A stretch of DNA of 64,000 nt from Dehalococcoidia bacterium (lineage in GTDB: Bacteria; Chloroflexota; Dehalococcoidia; Lucifugimonadales; G965248475). The notes below the pieces were generated by a model. That model was not told where the DNA came from. It saw only the letters and a list, made by a program, of their open reading frames with translations, and did not search any database. The stretch spans positions 1,775,640 through 1,839,639 of the forward strand of contig OZ252106.1 in the NCBI GenBank assembly GCA_965248475.1, written 5' to 3'. Shown in pieces: positions 1-10,878 of the stretch (position 1 is its first letter; each line of letters begins with the position of its first letter). Position numbers and translations under genes: made by a program.

Positions 1-904
<904 letters not shown>

Positions 905-1028
905 ATCGTCACCGTTGTCGGCGTTATAATGGCGGAGATGGCACCTTAACCGTCAAGGGAGCGGAGTTTCTAGCACTCCTCTGAGCCGGATCAAACAGAA
1001 CAAGGCAAACCAAAAGGGAGGCAACCTC

Positions 1029-2042
1029 ATGGTAACTCGCATAGGCATCAACGGCTTCGGACGAATCGGACGGCAGGTGCTCCGCGCCACTCTGGAGCGC
1101 CATTCAGACAAGCTCGTCGTGGCCGCGGTCAACGACCTGACCGACGCCAAGACCAACGCCCACCTTTTCAAGTACGACAGCACATATGGCCGCTACCCCG
1201 GCACCGTTGAGGCAGAGGAGGACGCGCTGATCATAGACGGCGACGCCGTCAAGGTGATCTCGGAGCGCGACCCGGCAAGCATCCCCTGGGGCGATCTGGG
1301 CGCCGACATCGTCATCGAGTCCACAGGCGTATTCACCGACGCCACACACGCCGCCGGCCACCTGGAGGGCGGCGCCAAGAAGGTCATCATATCGGCCCCC
1401 GCCAGCGGCGAAGACATGACACTTGTCCTGGGTGTCAACGAGGACCGCTACGACCCCAGCCGCCACCACGTGCTGTCCAACGCCTCCTGCACCACCAACT
1501 GCGTAGCGCCCATGGTCAAGGTGCTACACGGCAGCTTCACAGTCACCCGCGGCCTCATGAACACCATCCACTCTTACACCAACGACCAGAAGATACTGGA
1601 CCAGGTACACGGCGACCTGCGCCGCGCCCGCTCAGCGGCGATCAATATCATACCCACAACCACCGGCGCCGCCCGCGCCTGCGGCCTGGTCATTCCGGAG
1701 CTCCAGGGCAAGATCCACGGACTGTCCCTGCGCGTACCCACGCCCTCTGTCTCCGTAACCGACCTTGTGGCCGACCTGGCGCGCGAGGTGACGGTCGAAG
1801 AGGTGAACGACGCATTTAAAGAGGCGGCGAAAGGCCCCCTCAAGGGCATCCTGGACTACTCGGACGAGCCGCTGGTCAGCACCGACTACAGGGGCAATGC
1901 ATACAGCGTCACAATCGACGGCATTTCCACCATGGTCATCGACGGCAGCATGGTCAAGATACTTGGCTGGTACGACAACGAGTGGGGATACTCGTGCCGC
2001 ACCGCGGACCTGGCCGCCTTCATGGCGGACAAAGGGGTATAG
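1029..2042 (+). CDS. gap: type I glyceraldehyde-3-phosphate dehydrogenase
   Basis: 337 aa with INGFGRIGR NAD-binding N-terminus, SNASCTTNC catalytic motif and WYDNEWGYS near the C-terminus. GGGAGG RBS lies 7 nt upstream. Confidence 0.95.
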   Translation: MVTRIGINGFGRIGRQVLRATLERHSDKLVVAAVNDLTDAKTNAHLFKYDSTYGRYPGTVEAEEDALIIDGDAVKVISERDPASIPWGDLGADIVIESTGVFTDATHAAGHLEGGAKKVIISAPASGEDMTLVLGVNEDRYDPSRHHVLSNASCTTNCVAPMVKVLHGSFTVTRGLMNTIHSYTNDQKILDQVHGDLRRARSAAINIIPTTTGAARACGLVIPELQGKIHGLSLRVPTPSVSVTDLVADLAREVTVEEVNDAFKEAAKGPLKGILDYSDEPLVSTDYRGNAYSVTIDGISTMVIDGSMVKILGWYDNEWGYSCRTADLAAFMADKGV

Positions 2043-2148
2043 GGGGAACTTCGTTCCGTTCCCCTGGCCTTACTGGGAAACTTGCCAGGCTAACAGGCTG
2101 AGAATAGTCACTGCTTCAATGCGTCTGCCGTTGGACCGGAAGGTGGTA

Positions 2149-2311
2149 TGGAATCTGGGTTCCCTATGGGGGAGTTTGAGGTCCGATGATGCTCCGATTC
2201 CATCGCGAGTGCTCGACCAAGTCGGCACTTCGCTCATCCCGATGTGTCGGGACAACGTCAGAGGGCATCCCCTCAAACCCCAAAACATACCAAGGGCGGA
2301 GCGAGTGGGAA
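2149..2311 (+). repeat. composite palindromic repeat element, copy A (contains 79-nt core 2177-2255)
   Basis: The core differs at only 2 of 79 positions from the reverse complement of 37807-37885. Flanks resemble the flanks of the copies at 37751-37914 and 61407-61489. Confidence 0.85.
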
Positions 2312-2394
2312 GAAAACGTCTGTCCCAATATGCTAGCCCTATCGCCATAGCCCGCCTTTCCTAGCTATCCCTAGCTTGCTACAATGGGCGGGCT

Positions 2395-5300
2395 ATGGAA
2401 GCCGCGCCTCAATCCACATCGCCCCGCCAGCGGATGCGGGACGTCTGGGACTGGGCCGTAGCGGACAAAGCAGGCTGGATCTCCCCGCTCCTGCTCCTCA
2501 TACTCACCATCGCCCTAGCCTTACGCCTGCACGGCATCGCCTGGGACCAGGGCAACTTCTTCCACCCGGACGAACGGTCCATCTACATGCGGGTGGACTG
2601 CATGTACCGCCTGCTCACCGAAGCTCCGGGCTACCAGGAGTGCACCCGATACGTCCCATTCACCGGCATCCAGCCGGGGTTCCCCAGTCCCGTCACCTTC
2701 CTGGACGCGGACAGGAGCCCCCTGAACCCACACTGGTTCCCCCTGGGAACCATGGTCATCTACCTCCTGCTGTTCATCAAGCTGGCTCTGGCTCCCATTG
2801 TCACCATGGACCTGACCGACCTTGCCTTCGCCGGCAGGACACTGGCCGCCCTGGCGGACGTTGGTACCGTGGCAATGGTATACCTGCTTGGCCGGAGGTT
2901 GTTCGGCAGAAGCGCAGGACTACTTGCCGCCACGCTGGTCACATTCGCCGTCGTCCACATCCAACTGGCCCACTTCTACCGCCCGGAGCCGTTCACCAAC
3001 CTGTTCACCCTAGCCGCTTTCTGGTTCATGCTTCAGGTGTTGGAACACCGTCGTGTCCGCGACTCGGCCCTGCTGGGCCTGTTCGTCGGCTTGGCATTCG
3101 CCACCAAGCTGAGCGTGCTGCCTCTACTCGTTCCTCTGGCATTGCTGTACGGTTACCTTCTGCACCAAATTTTTCGCCAGCCCCCCCCGAACGAGCGTAC
3201 CGAGCTCATCGAGAGGTGGGCCGTGCGCTTGCTGGTCGCCGGAGCCACGGCCGTGGCCGTCTACATCTTCTGGACACCTTACGCCATCCTCTCCTTCCCT
3301 GAGTTCCTGGAGTGGAACCAAAGGGAGCTTGAGATCGTCCGAAACGCCGGCATCGTCCCCTACACCGTCCAGTACATAGGCACGACCAACCTGCTGTACG
3401 AGCTACGACAAACCACACTGTGGGGCCTAGGGCCTCTCCTGGGCGTCCTGGCCTGGGGCGGCGTCCTGGCAACCATAGCCGTCAACGTCCGAAGGCCAAG
3501 GATGGGTCAGGTGCTGATACTGGCATGGGCTATCCCTCTCCTGTTGACCGTGGTCAGCGTGGAGGTCAAGTTCCTGCGTTACACCTTTCCTCTCATGCCC
3601 ATCTTTATCCTGCTGGGAACAGGCACTGCGTTGGCCGGATACCATCGGCTCAGGGAGCACCTTCCATCGCTGAGGGTGGTCGCCGCAGCCGCCATGGGAT
3701 TGGTGGTGGCAACGACAGTCCTATACGCCCTGGCCTTCGAATCCATCTATACCAGGCCGCACACCGCCGTTCAGGCCTCGGACTGGATCAACGAGAATGT
3801 CGCTCCATCCACAACCGTCCTCACAGACAACCACTGGGACGAAGGCATCCCGAACCTGGGCGCGTACCGCGTCCTCCAGCTACCCATGTTCGAGGGCGAC
3901 ACGCAGCCCAAGATGGAGTCCGTAGCCTCTCTCCTGGCCGACGCCGAATACCTGGTCTTCTACAGCAACCGCACCTACGGCGCCATCGCCCGCGTCCCGG
4001 AGCGCTACTACCTGAGCAGCAACTACTACAAGCTCCTTTTCTCGGGCAAGTTGGGGTACGAACTGCAGGAGAGCTTCGACTCCTATCCACGGCTCCTGGG
4101 CGTGGCACTGGCGGACGACCCATTCAGCAGGGCCGGATTGACGCCACCGGAGACGCTCAGGGCTGCGCCGGTCGCACCAGTGACCCTTGACCTAGGCTAC
4201 GCCGACAACGACGCCATTACCTACGACCACCCACTGACGCTGGTGTTCAGGAACGTGTCCAACCTCGATTCGGTACAACTGACCAAACTCCTGCTGGCAC
4301 CAGAGCCGCCCCAAGTGCCAGCCCTGGCCATGATGCTGACTCCTGAGGAGCTGATTACACAGCAGACGGGCGGCACCTGGACACAGATCTTCGACCTGAA
4401 CAGCCTGGCCAACCGCTTTCCCGTGTTGACATGGCTGCTACTGGTGCAGCTCGCCTCTGTAGCAGTGCTGCCTCTTGGATTCCTGGTCTTCCGGGGCCTG
4501 TCGGACAGGGGATATCTGCTCAGCAAGCTGCTGGCGGTGCTTCTGCTGGCCTTCTTCCCGTGGCTCATGGCTGCGCTCAAGCTCCTGGACTTCAACCGAA
4601 CATCCATATACCTGGGGCTGGGCCTCCTAGCCGTAGCCGGTGTCGCCATCGCACTGCGCAATCGACACGAAATGATCGCCTTCATCCGTGAGCGATGGCG
4701 CACGCTGGCCCTGGAGGAAGCGCTGTTCCTGGGAGCGTTCCTGCTCTTCGTCGCCATACGGTGGGCCAACCCGGACCTGTGGCACCCTTTCCGAGGCGGC
4801 GAGAAGCCTATGGACTTCGCCTACCTGACCGCCGTGGTGCGGTCTACTACCGTCCCTCCCTACGATCCCTGGTTCGCGGGGGGTTACCTCAACTACTACT
4901 ACTTTGGCCAGTTCATCATCGCTACACTCATCAAGGCCACGGGCATCCTGCCCGAAGTCGCATATAACCTGGCAATACCGCTGCTCTTCGCGCTGACAGT
5001 AGTTGGCGCCTTCTCCGTGGTCTACAACCTGACCCACGCCATGCGCCAGCGCCAGGACCCGCCAGGCCCATCCTGGGGACCAGCGGCCGCAGGCATTGGA
5101 GCCTCGCTATTGGTTGCGGTACTGGGCAACCTTGGAGGCGGCATCCAGTTCGTACGCTGGCTGTCGAGCCGTGTGACACCCGCCCTGCCTCCGGAGGGTG
5201 ACCCCTTCAACATCTGGGTCTGGGTGCCCAGCCGCATGATACTCAACCAGAACAGCATCACCGAGTTCCCCGCCTGGAGCTTCCTGTTCGGCGACCTACA

Positions 5301-6765
5301 CGCCCATATGATCGCGATCCCATTCACCATACTGGTGGTAGGTCTGTCGCTGGCCCTGGTGCTGGCTGCTCGCAGCAACGGGTTCGGGTGGCGAAACATG
5401 GCCCTTCCTTTGACCGTGCTGGGCCTCACCGTAGGAGCACTGTACGCCATCAGCACTTGGGACTATCCCACATATCTGATGCTGGCCGCGGGCGCCGTGC
5501 TGCTGGCCGCATACGCCGGACGAAGACGGCTGGACTGGGGCCTTCTGGCCAGGGCCGCTGCCGGGATGGCCGTCGTCGTCGGACTGAGTTACCTGGCCTT
5601 CCTCCCCTACCATATCCGCAACCTGACATTTGACGCAGGCATCCACGCCAGCCTCGAGAGGACATCCATCCACCACTATCTCGCTGTCCACGGCTTGTTC
5701 ATCCTGGTTGTGGTCTCCTATCTGGCCTATGAGGCACGCGGACGACTCAAGGGCGGTGTACGGTCGATTGTAGGGCGTACCCCGTTCGCACTGACCATGC
5801 TCGGCGGAGCCCTGTTGGTGGCGACGTATCTGATAGCAGCAAGCTACGCCACAGTGGCCCTTCTATTCATCCTAGCCCTTGCGGTGGCCATGCTGGCCGC
5901 GAACCGGCTCTCGGACCAGGGCGACGACTCGCCTTTCCACCTGTACATCCTGCTCATGATGGCCGGCGCCCTGGCCATGGGCGCTGTGGTTGATCTGGTA
6001 ACTGTAAACAACGACGTTGACCGCATGAACACCGTGTTCAAGCTGTACCTCCAGTCCTGGGTGCTGTACAGCCTGGCGTCGGCGGCCGTCCTGTGGTACC
6101 TGCTCACATCAGCAAGGTTCTCGTGGCGTGGCATCAACCGGGGTAGGGGGGCCTGGGTGGCGCTGCTCCTGGTGCTGGTGGCAGGCACCGCTGTATTCCC
6201 CATACAGGGCACGCGAGTACGCCTATCAGAGCGCTTCACTACCGAATTCACCGGTCTCAACGGTGCCCAGTACATGCAGTACAGCGAGTTCTACGACAGT
6301 AACGGTCTAGTTCCAGGCGCTATAGAACTCAAGTGGGACTGGGAGGCTATCCTGTGGCTCCGGGACACCGTAGAGGGCTCCCCGGTCATAGCAGAAGGCA
6401 ACACCTCTCCGGCCAGGTACCTCTGGGGGTCACGAGTGTCCATCTACACCGGTATGCCAACCGTCATAGGTTGGGACTGGCATCAGACACAACAGCGGCT
6501 CGGTGAGCAGTCCGCGGTGGTGCAACGGGTGAAGCAGCTCAACACGCTATTCTCCACAACCGATCACGCCCTGGCAGAGGAGATACTGCGGGAGTACGGC
6601 GTCGCCTACGTCTACGTTGGAGAGTTGGAGCGCCTCTACTACCCGGAGGAGGGGCTGGCCAAGTTCGCCGCAATGGCAGACAGGGGATTGACCAGGGTGT
6701 ACAACAACCCCCAGGTGGACATCTACCAGGTCTACCAGGTCAAACTGACCGCAGCGCGCGCCTAG
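2395..6765 (+). CDS. giant polytopic membrane protein: ArnT/PMT-like glycosyltransferase N-terminal region fused to DUF2298 / Chlor_Arch_YYY region
   Basis: 1456-aa ORF with many hydrophobic segments. GGYLNYYYFGQ matches the YYYxG hallmark of the Chlor_Arch_YYY family. The N-terminal 450 aa resemble dolichyl-phosphate-mannose type (GT39/GT83) transferases. Confidence 0.75.
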   Translation: MEAAPQSTSPRQRMRDVWDWAVADKAGWISPLLLLILTIALALRLHGIAWDQGNFFHPDERSIYMRVDCMYRLLTEAPGYQECTRYVPFTGIQPGFPSPVTFLDADRSPLNPHWFPLGTMVIYLLLFIKLALAPIVTMDLTDLAFAGRTLAALADVGTVAMVYLLGRRLFGRSAGLLAATLVTFAVVHIQLAHFYRPEPFTNLFTLAAFWFMLQVLEHRRVRDSALLGLFVGLAFATKLSVLPLLVPLALLYGYLLHQIFRQPPPNERTELIERWAVRLLVAGATAVAVYIFWTPYAILSFPEFLEWNQRELEIVRNAGIVPYTVQYIGTTNLLYELRQTTLWGLGPLLGVLAWGGVLATIAVNVRRPRMGQVLILAWAIPLLLTVVSVEVKFLRYTFPLMPIFILLGTGTALAGYHRLREHLPSLRVVAAAAMGLVVATTVLYALAFESIYTRPHTAVQASDWINENVAPSTTVLTDNHWDEGIPNLGAYRVLQLPMFEGDTQPKMESVASLLADAEYLVFYSNRTYGAIARVPERYYLSSNYYKLLFSGKLGYELQESFDSYPRLLGVALADDPFSRAGLTPPETLRAAPVAPVTLDLGYADNDAITYDHPLTLVFRNVSNLDSVQLTKLLLAPEPPQVPALAMMLTPEELITQQTGGTWTQIFDLNSLANRFPVLTWLLLVQLASVAVLPLGFLVFRGLSDRGYLLSKLLAVLLLAFFPWLMAALKLLDFNRTSIYLGLGLLAVAGVAIALRNRHEMIAFIRERWRTLALEEALFLGAFLLFVAIRWANPDLWHPFRGGEKPMDFAYLTAVVRSTTVPPYDPWFAGGYLNYYYFGQFIIATLIKATGILPEVAYNLAIPLLFALTVVGAFSVVYNLTHAMRQRQDPPGPSWGPAAAGIGASLLVAVLGNLGGGIQFVRWLSSRVTPALPPEGDPFNIWVWVPSRMILNQNSITEFPAWSFLFGDLHAHMIAIPFTILVVGLSLALVLAARSNGFGWRNMALPLTVLGLTVGALYAISTWDYPTYLMLAAGAVLLAAYAGRRRLDWGLLARAAAGMAVVVGLSYLAFLPYHIRNLTFDAGIHASLERTSIHHYLAVHGLFILVVVSYLAYEARGRLKGGVRSIVGRTPFALTMLGGALLVATYLIAASYATVALLFILALAVAMLAANRLSDQGDDSPFHLYILLMMAGALAMGAVVDLVTVNNDVDRMNTVFKLYLQSWVLYSLASAAVLWYLLTSARFSWRGINRGRGAWVALLLVLVAGTAVFPIQGTRVRLSERFTTEFTGLNGAQYMQYSEFYDSNGLVPGAIELKWDWEAILWLRDTVEGSPVIAEGNTSPARYLWGSRVSIYTGMPTVIGWDWHQTQQRLGEQSAVVQRVKQLNTLFSTTDHALAEEILREYGVAYVYVGELERLYYPEEGLAKFAAMADRGLTRVYNNPQVDIYQVYQVKLTAARA

Positions 6766-6943
6766 CTGGATGCCCGGCAGCCCCAAATACATCCGCCATA
6801 CGGATTGTGCCTGCGCCCTTTTGATGATAGATTGTTCCGAGTGCTTGGTGCGGATGCATGAATCAATGCACCTTCCGCACCTTGCTTGCTTCTCAGGACT
6901 AGATCGTTACGGATTTCGCCCGGTTAGCACACACTAATAAAGA

Positions 6944-9310
6944 ATGAACCTTTCGTCAGAATCTCTCGCCCGGATCAGCGCCACCCATCCCTGGCGGATG
7001 CTGCTCGTCTGGCTGGTCGTACTTTCCGCTGCCTTCGGGCTCATCTTCACGCTGGTGGAGGAGGCGCTGGGTGGCGAAGACGGGCCGACGCAGGTCCTGG
7101 AGTACGAGCAGGCACAGATCCTGATCAACGAAAGGACTCAGTCCGACGGCGAGCAGGGGGTGTCGCTGACGCCCGGCACAACAGAGCGGTCCACACAAAC
7201 CGAATTCGTAGTCGTCAATTCGGAATCCGTTGCCGTAGGCGACCCTGCCTTCGACGAGCATCTGGACGCCTTCGGGGAGGCATTGGATGAGATCGCCTCC
7301 GAGCTTATCGTGGGAAGCTTCAGCGACTACGAATCCATGCCGTCGCAGGATGGCACCACGACACTCATTCAGCTTCAGATCTTCACCGAGGCCCAGGGAG
7401 ATATCGGACGGCTCCTGGAGACTGCGGAGGAGTTTAGCAGGGACGGATTCCGCGTCCTTGTGGCGGGGAACGCCAGTGTCACCCAGGTGTTTGAGGAGCT
7501 TGCGGAACAGGACCTGCTGGTCGGAGAGTCAATCGGCATCGGAGTAGCCTTGATCATTCTAGCCCTCGTCTTTGGGGCGGTAGTCGCGGCATTCATCCCC
7601 ATCGTCATGGCCATCGTGGCCATCGTCACTGCCATAGGGATTTCCGGGCTGGTGGGGCAGATAATGGAGCTAAACCAGTTCGTGCCCAACATCATTACCA
7701 TGATGGGCCTGGCTGTTGGGATAGACTACTCACTGTTCGTAGTGTCGCGCTACCGTGAAGAGCGGGCAAAGGGACTTGAACAGACGGATGCAATCGCACG
7801 CTCCGGCGGCACGGCAAGCCGAGCCGTCTTCTTCAGCGGACTGACGGTGGTCCTCGCCTTGCTGGGCATGCTCATTCTCCCGGAGCGGACATTTCAGGCC
7901 TTCGGCGTCGCGGCGATTCTCGTAGTTTTCGTCGCCGTCTTCGCCTGCCTGACACTCCTTCCAGCCGTGATAGGGATCCTTGGAGACCGCGTGAACGGCG
8001 TGCGTGTTCCAGCTATCGCCACTCTCGTCCTATTCGGAGCCGGGGTGGCGGCTATACCAGACCGCACCCAGGCCGGCAGGATATTGCTGGTGGCCGCTAT
8101 CGTAATCCTGGTGTTGATCCTGGTAGCAGTGGGTCGCAAGCTTATGAGGATTCGCCGGCCCCAGACAGCTGACGCTGAGGCGCCGGCTAGAGACCAACGG
8201 GGCTTCTGGGTCGCCACAACCAACGTAGTAATGCGCAGGCCATACGTGAGCATGGCCATGGCCCTGGTGATCCTCGTGGGGCTCATCTTCCCGTTCTTTG
8301 ACCTGCGTCTGGGTACAACGGGCATCTCTGCCCTGCCAGATGAGGTTCCGTCCCGACAGGCCTTCGAGCTTCTAAATGAGAAGTACGGGTTCGGGAGTGA
8401 TTCCCCGGCCCTGGTCGTTATCGATGGGGATGTCGATGCGCCTAACATCGCCGCAGCCATATCGGACTTGACGAGTGCCATGGAGGACGATCCGACGCTT
8501 GGAGCGCCGGAGGTGGAGATACACGCCGACACCAATATCGCCATCCTCAGTGCCACGGTTCCCGGGGACCCCACCACTCAGGATGCTCAGGCAACCATCC
8601 GCCGCCTGCGTGAGGAGCACATTCCTGATGCTTTCGCGGGCGTCTCAGCGGATGAATATACGGCGTTAGTGGGCGGCGCTACGGCTGAGGTGGTTGACCT
8701 TGTGGGCATCACGTTGGACTACTCACCTATCGTATTCGCGGCCGTGCTGGGCTTGAGCTTCATTCTACTGCTGGTCGCCTTCAGGTCCGTAGTAATCCCA
8801 CTGGCATCCATCGTCATGAACCTGCTGTCAGTCGGCGCAGCCTACGGCCTGCTGGTGCTGGTGTTTCAGAAGGGGTTCCTGATAGAACTGTTCGACTTCC
8901 AGCCGGTTGACCAGGTGGAGTTCTGGCTTCCGCTGTTCATGTTCACCATACTCTTTGGCTTATCCATGGACTACCAGGTCTTCATGCTCAGCAGGATCAA
9001 GGAGCGTTACGACGAGACCGGTGACCACCCCGGGTCGGTGGCCTTTGGACTGAGCAATACCGGACGCATCATTACCGGAGCCGCGTTGATAATGGCCGCG
9101 GTATTCGGAGGGTTTGCCCTGGGCCAAATCACCTTCTTCGAATCCCTTGGCTTTGGGCTGGGCGCCGCCATAATTCTGGATGCGACCATCGTACGTTCGC
9201 TGCTGGTTCCGTCCGTTCTACGCATACTGGGAACCCGGACGTGGTACTTCCCTGCCATGCTGCGGTGGATCCCCAACATCAGCATCGAAGGCCAGCGCCC
9301 GCCCCAATAG
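6944..9310 (+). CDS. MMPL family (RND superfamily) transporter
   Basis: 788 aa with two TM bundles, each followed by an MMPL-type motif (GIDYSLFVVSRYREE and GLSMDYQVFMLSRIKE). Confidence 0.85.
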   Translation: MNLSSESLARISATHPWRMLLVWLVVLSAAFGLIFTLVEEALGGEDGPTQVLEYEQAQILINERTQSDGEQGVSLTPGTTERSTQTEFVVVNSESVAVGDPAFDEHLDAFGEALDEIASELIVGSFSDYESMPSQDGTTTLIQLQIFTEAQGDIGRLLETAEEFSRDGFRVLVAGNASVTQVFEELAEQDLLVGESIGIGVALIILALVFGAVVAAFIPIVMAIVAIVTAIGISGLVGQIMELNQFVPNIITMMGLAVGIDYSLFVVSRYREERAKGLEQTDAIARSGGTASRAVFFSGLTVVLALLGMLILPERTFQAFGVAAILVVFVAVFACLTLLPAVIGILGDRVNGVRVPAIATLVLFGAGVAAIPDRTQAGRILLVAAIVILVLILVAVGRKLMRIRRPQTADAEAPARDQRGFWVATTNVVMRRPYVSMAMALVILVGLIFPFFDLRLGTTGISALPDEVPSRQAFELLNEKYGFGSDSPALVVIDGDVDAPNIAAAISDLTSAMEDDPTLGAPEVEIHADTNIAILSATVPGDPTTQDAQATIRRLREEHIPDAFAGVSADEYTALVGGATAEVVDLVGITLDYSPIVFAAVLGLSFILLLVAFRSVVIPLASIVMNLLSVGAAYGLLVLVFQKGFLIELFDFQPVDQVEFWLPLFMFTILFGLSMDYQVFMLSRIKERYDETGDHPGSVAFGLSNTGRIITGAALIMAAVFGGFALGQITFFESLGFGLGAAIILDATIVRSLLVPSVLRILGTRTWYFPAMLRWIPNISIEGQRPPQ

Positions 9311-9354
9311 ACGGGATAGCAGGCCCACTGCTAGAGCCTGGTCTCCAATGGCGA

Positions 9355-9579
9355 TTACGGGCTGACCGTGCCGGTACTTTGGGACAGTGCCTCAACAGCC
9401 GCCTTAGCCAGGTTCTCCGCACTCTTAATATCCAGGGAACGGTCCGCCTCCATAATCGCTTGGGCGATATCTCCAAGCGCCGACCGTCCAGCATTGAGTT
9501 GGGCTCCCACCAGTTCGCTCAGGGAGTCCACCGTGAAGTCGGCACAGATATTATCAATACTGAATTGCAGAGACGCCAT
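9355..9579 (-). CDS. hypothetical small protein (74 aa)
   Basis: GAGGAG RBS lies 6 nt upstream of the ATG. It sits downstream of and co-oriented with the hydrolase gene. No recognisable motif. Confidence 0.45.
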   Translation of the reverse strand: MASLQFSIDNICADFTVDSLSELVGAQLNAGRSALGDIAQAIMEADRSLDIKSAENLAKAAVEALSQSTGTVSP

Positions 9580-9635
9580 GTACTACTCCTCACTCTTGTC
9601 AGGTTTGCCGGGAATAGCGGTGGGCACCGTCCGTG

Positions 9636-10403
9636 TTAGCTTTGAAGGTGCTCGGCGAAGAAGGTGAACGTCTTTTCCCAGGCATCCATCGCCTGCTCCT
9701 GCCGATAGTTCTGCCTATCGTAGTACCAGAAGCCGTGACCAGCGCCGTCGTACCTGTGGAATTCGTAGTTCTTGCCATGCTTTTTGAGCTCAGCCTCGAG
9801 CTGGTTCACATGGTCAGGGGACGGGCTTTGATCGTCGTTACCGAACAGCCCCAATACCGGACACGACAAGCCTTCGGTGAGGTCTATGGGTGCCACCGGC
9901 TGTTGGGGTGTCAGCTCATCGCTGGACTGGACGACCCTTCCGCCCCAGCAGTCGACTACCGCGTCAAATCCCGCCACGCTGCACGCCACCAGATATGCGT
10001 GACGTCCACCTGAGCAGGTGCCTATGATGCCCACCTTACCGTTGCTGTAGGGCAGGGAGCGCAACTCATTCATAACTGCCTCGCAGTCGCCTATCACACT
10101 GTCATCAGACACACCGCCCTCGCCACGCGCGGTGGCTGCCATCTCCACCGGCGTCGCGTGGCCGAACCGTTCATACATGTTGGGACAGACAACCGCGTAC
10201 CCATGCTGAGCAAACCTCCGGGCCACCTCCCGGTAGAACTCGTCCCACCCCGGCAGGTGATGGACCAGCACGATTCCAGGATACGGACCTGCCCCCAGAG
10301 GCCGTGCGAAGTAGCCATGAATCGGGTCGCCATTAAACCCTGTAATGGTGATGGTCTCCGCCAGCATTGACTCATACGCGTCGGTTCTAAACTGGTTCCA
10401 CAT
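9636..10403 (-). CDS. dienelactone hydrolase family protein
   Basis: 255 aa. The pattern GFNGDPIHGYFARP..GPYPGIVLVHH and the later GTCSGG nucleophile elbow fit the DLH alpha/beta fold. Confidence 0.85.
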   Translation of the reverse strand: MWNQFRTDAYESMLAETITITGFNGDPIHGYFARPLGAGPYPGIVLVHHLPGWDEFYREVARRFAQHGYAVVCPNMYERFGHATPVEMAATARGEGGVSDDSVIGDCEAVMNELRSLPYSNGKVGIIGTCSGGRHAYLVACSVAGFDAVVDCWGGRVVQSSDELTPQQPVAPIDLTEGLSCPVLGLFGNDDQSPSPDHVNQLEAELKKHGKNYEFHRYDGAGHGFWYYDRQNYRQEQAMDAWEKTFTFFAEHLQS

Positions 10404-10574
10404 TCTTTCCCTCCTTACAATGTTACGGGTGTAGTTATCGGCATGGTCGCCGATCGGAGTCTATGGGCGAATTCCTCTCGGCGGGGCTAGGCCAACCGTC
10501 CCGCACACGGTATACAGTGTAACGCTGATAATAGATAGCATACGCCTCTTCAGGCTAGGTGTTTTCGCACCAAC

Positions 10575-10784
10575 CTACTGTGCCATGCCCAGCCAGCACA
10601 GCAGAGTGCTACTCACTGGCACCAGCCTGGAAAGTTGAAACTCCAGATCACGTCTGGGTAAAGAGGTAGCACAGAATATCTGTGCCTGGTTGAACTCGCC
10701 GCGCTCCCTCACATCAACCAGAACGTAGCTGTCCTGCCCATCAACAAGAGACCTCAGCTCCTCGACCGTCACCGAATGAGCCAT
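10575..10784 (-). pseudogene. rhodanese-like domain fragment (C-terminally truncated)
   Basis: The N-terminal rhodanese pattern (VTVEELRSLVDGQDSYVLVDVRERGEFNQAQI) stops after 69 aa, before the catalytic loop. A rhodanese-like tail (YTVYRVRDGWP) appears in another frame downstream. Confidence 0.4.
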
Positions 10785-10878
10785 CCCGATCCCTCCTTTG
10801 GTGCGTTCACTTCCAGATAAGCAAACCCCCGACCTTCGCCGTGGGATACGCTGCTTTTAGAGAAGCATGATCCTCTTC

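Noticed and set aside
2376-3302. 308-aa plus-strand ORF and many other R/P/G-rich ORFs within 2395-6765
   Set aside because: These are alternative frames of the 1456-aa membrane protein gene, with Arg/Pro-rich junk composition.
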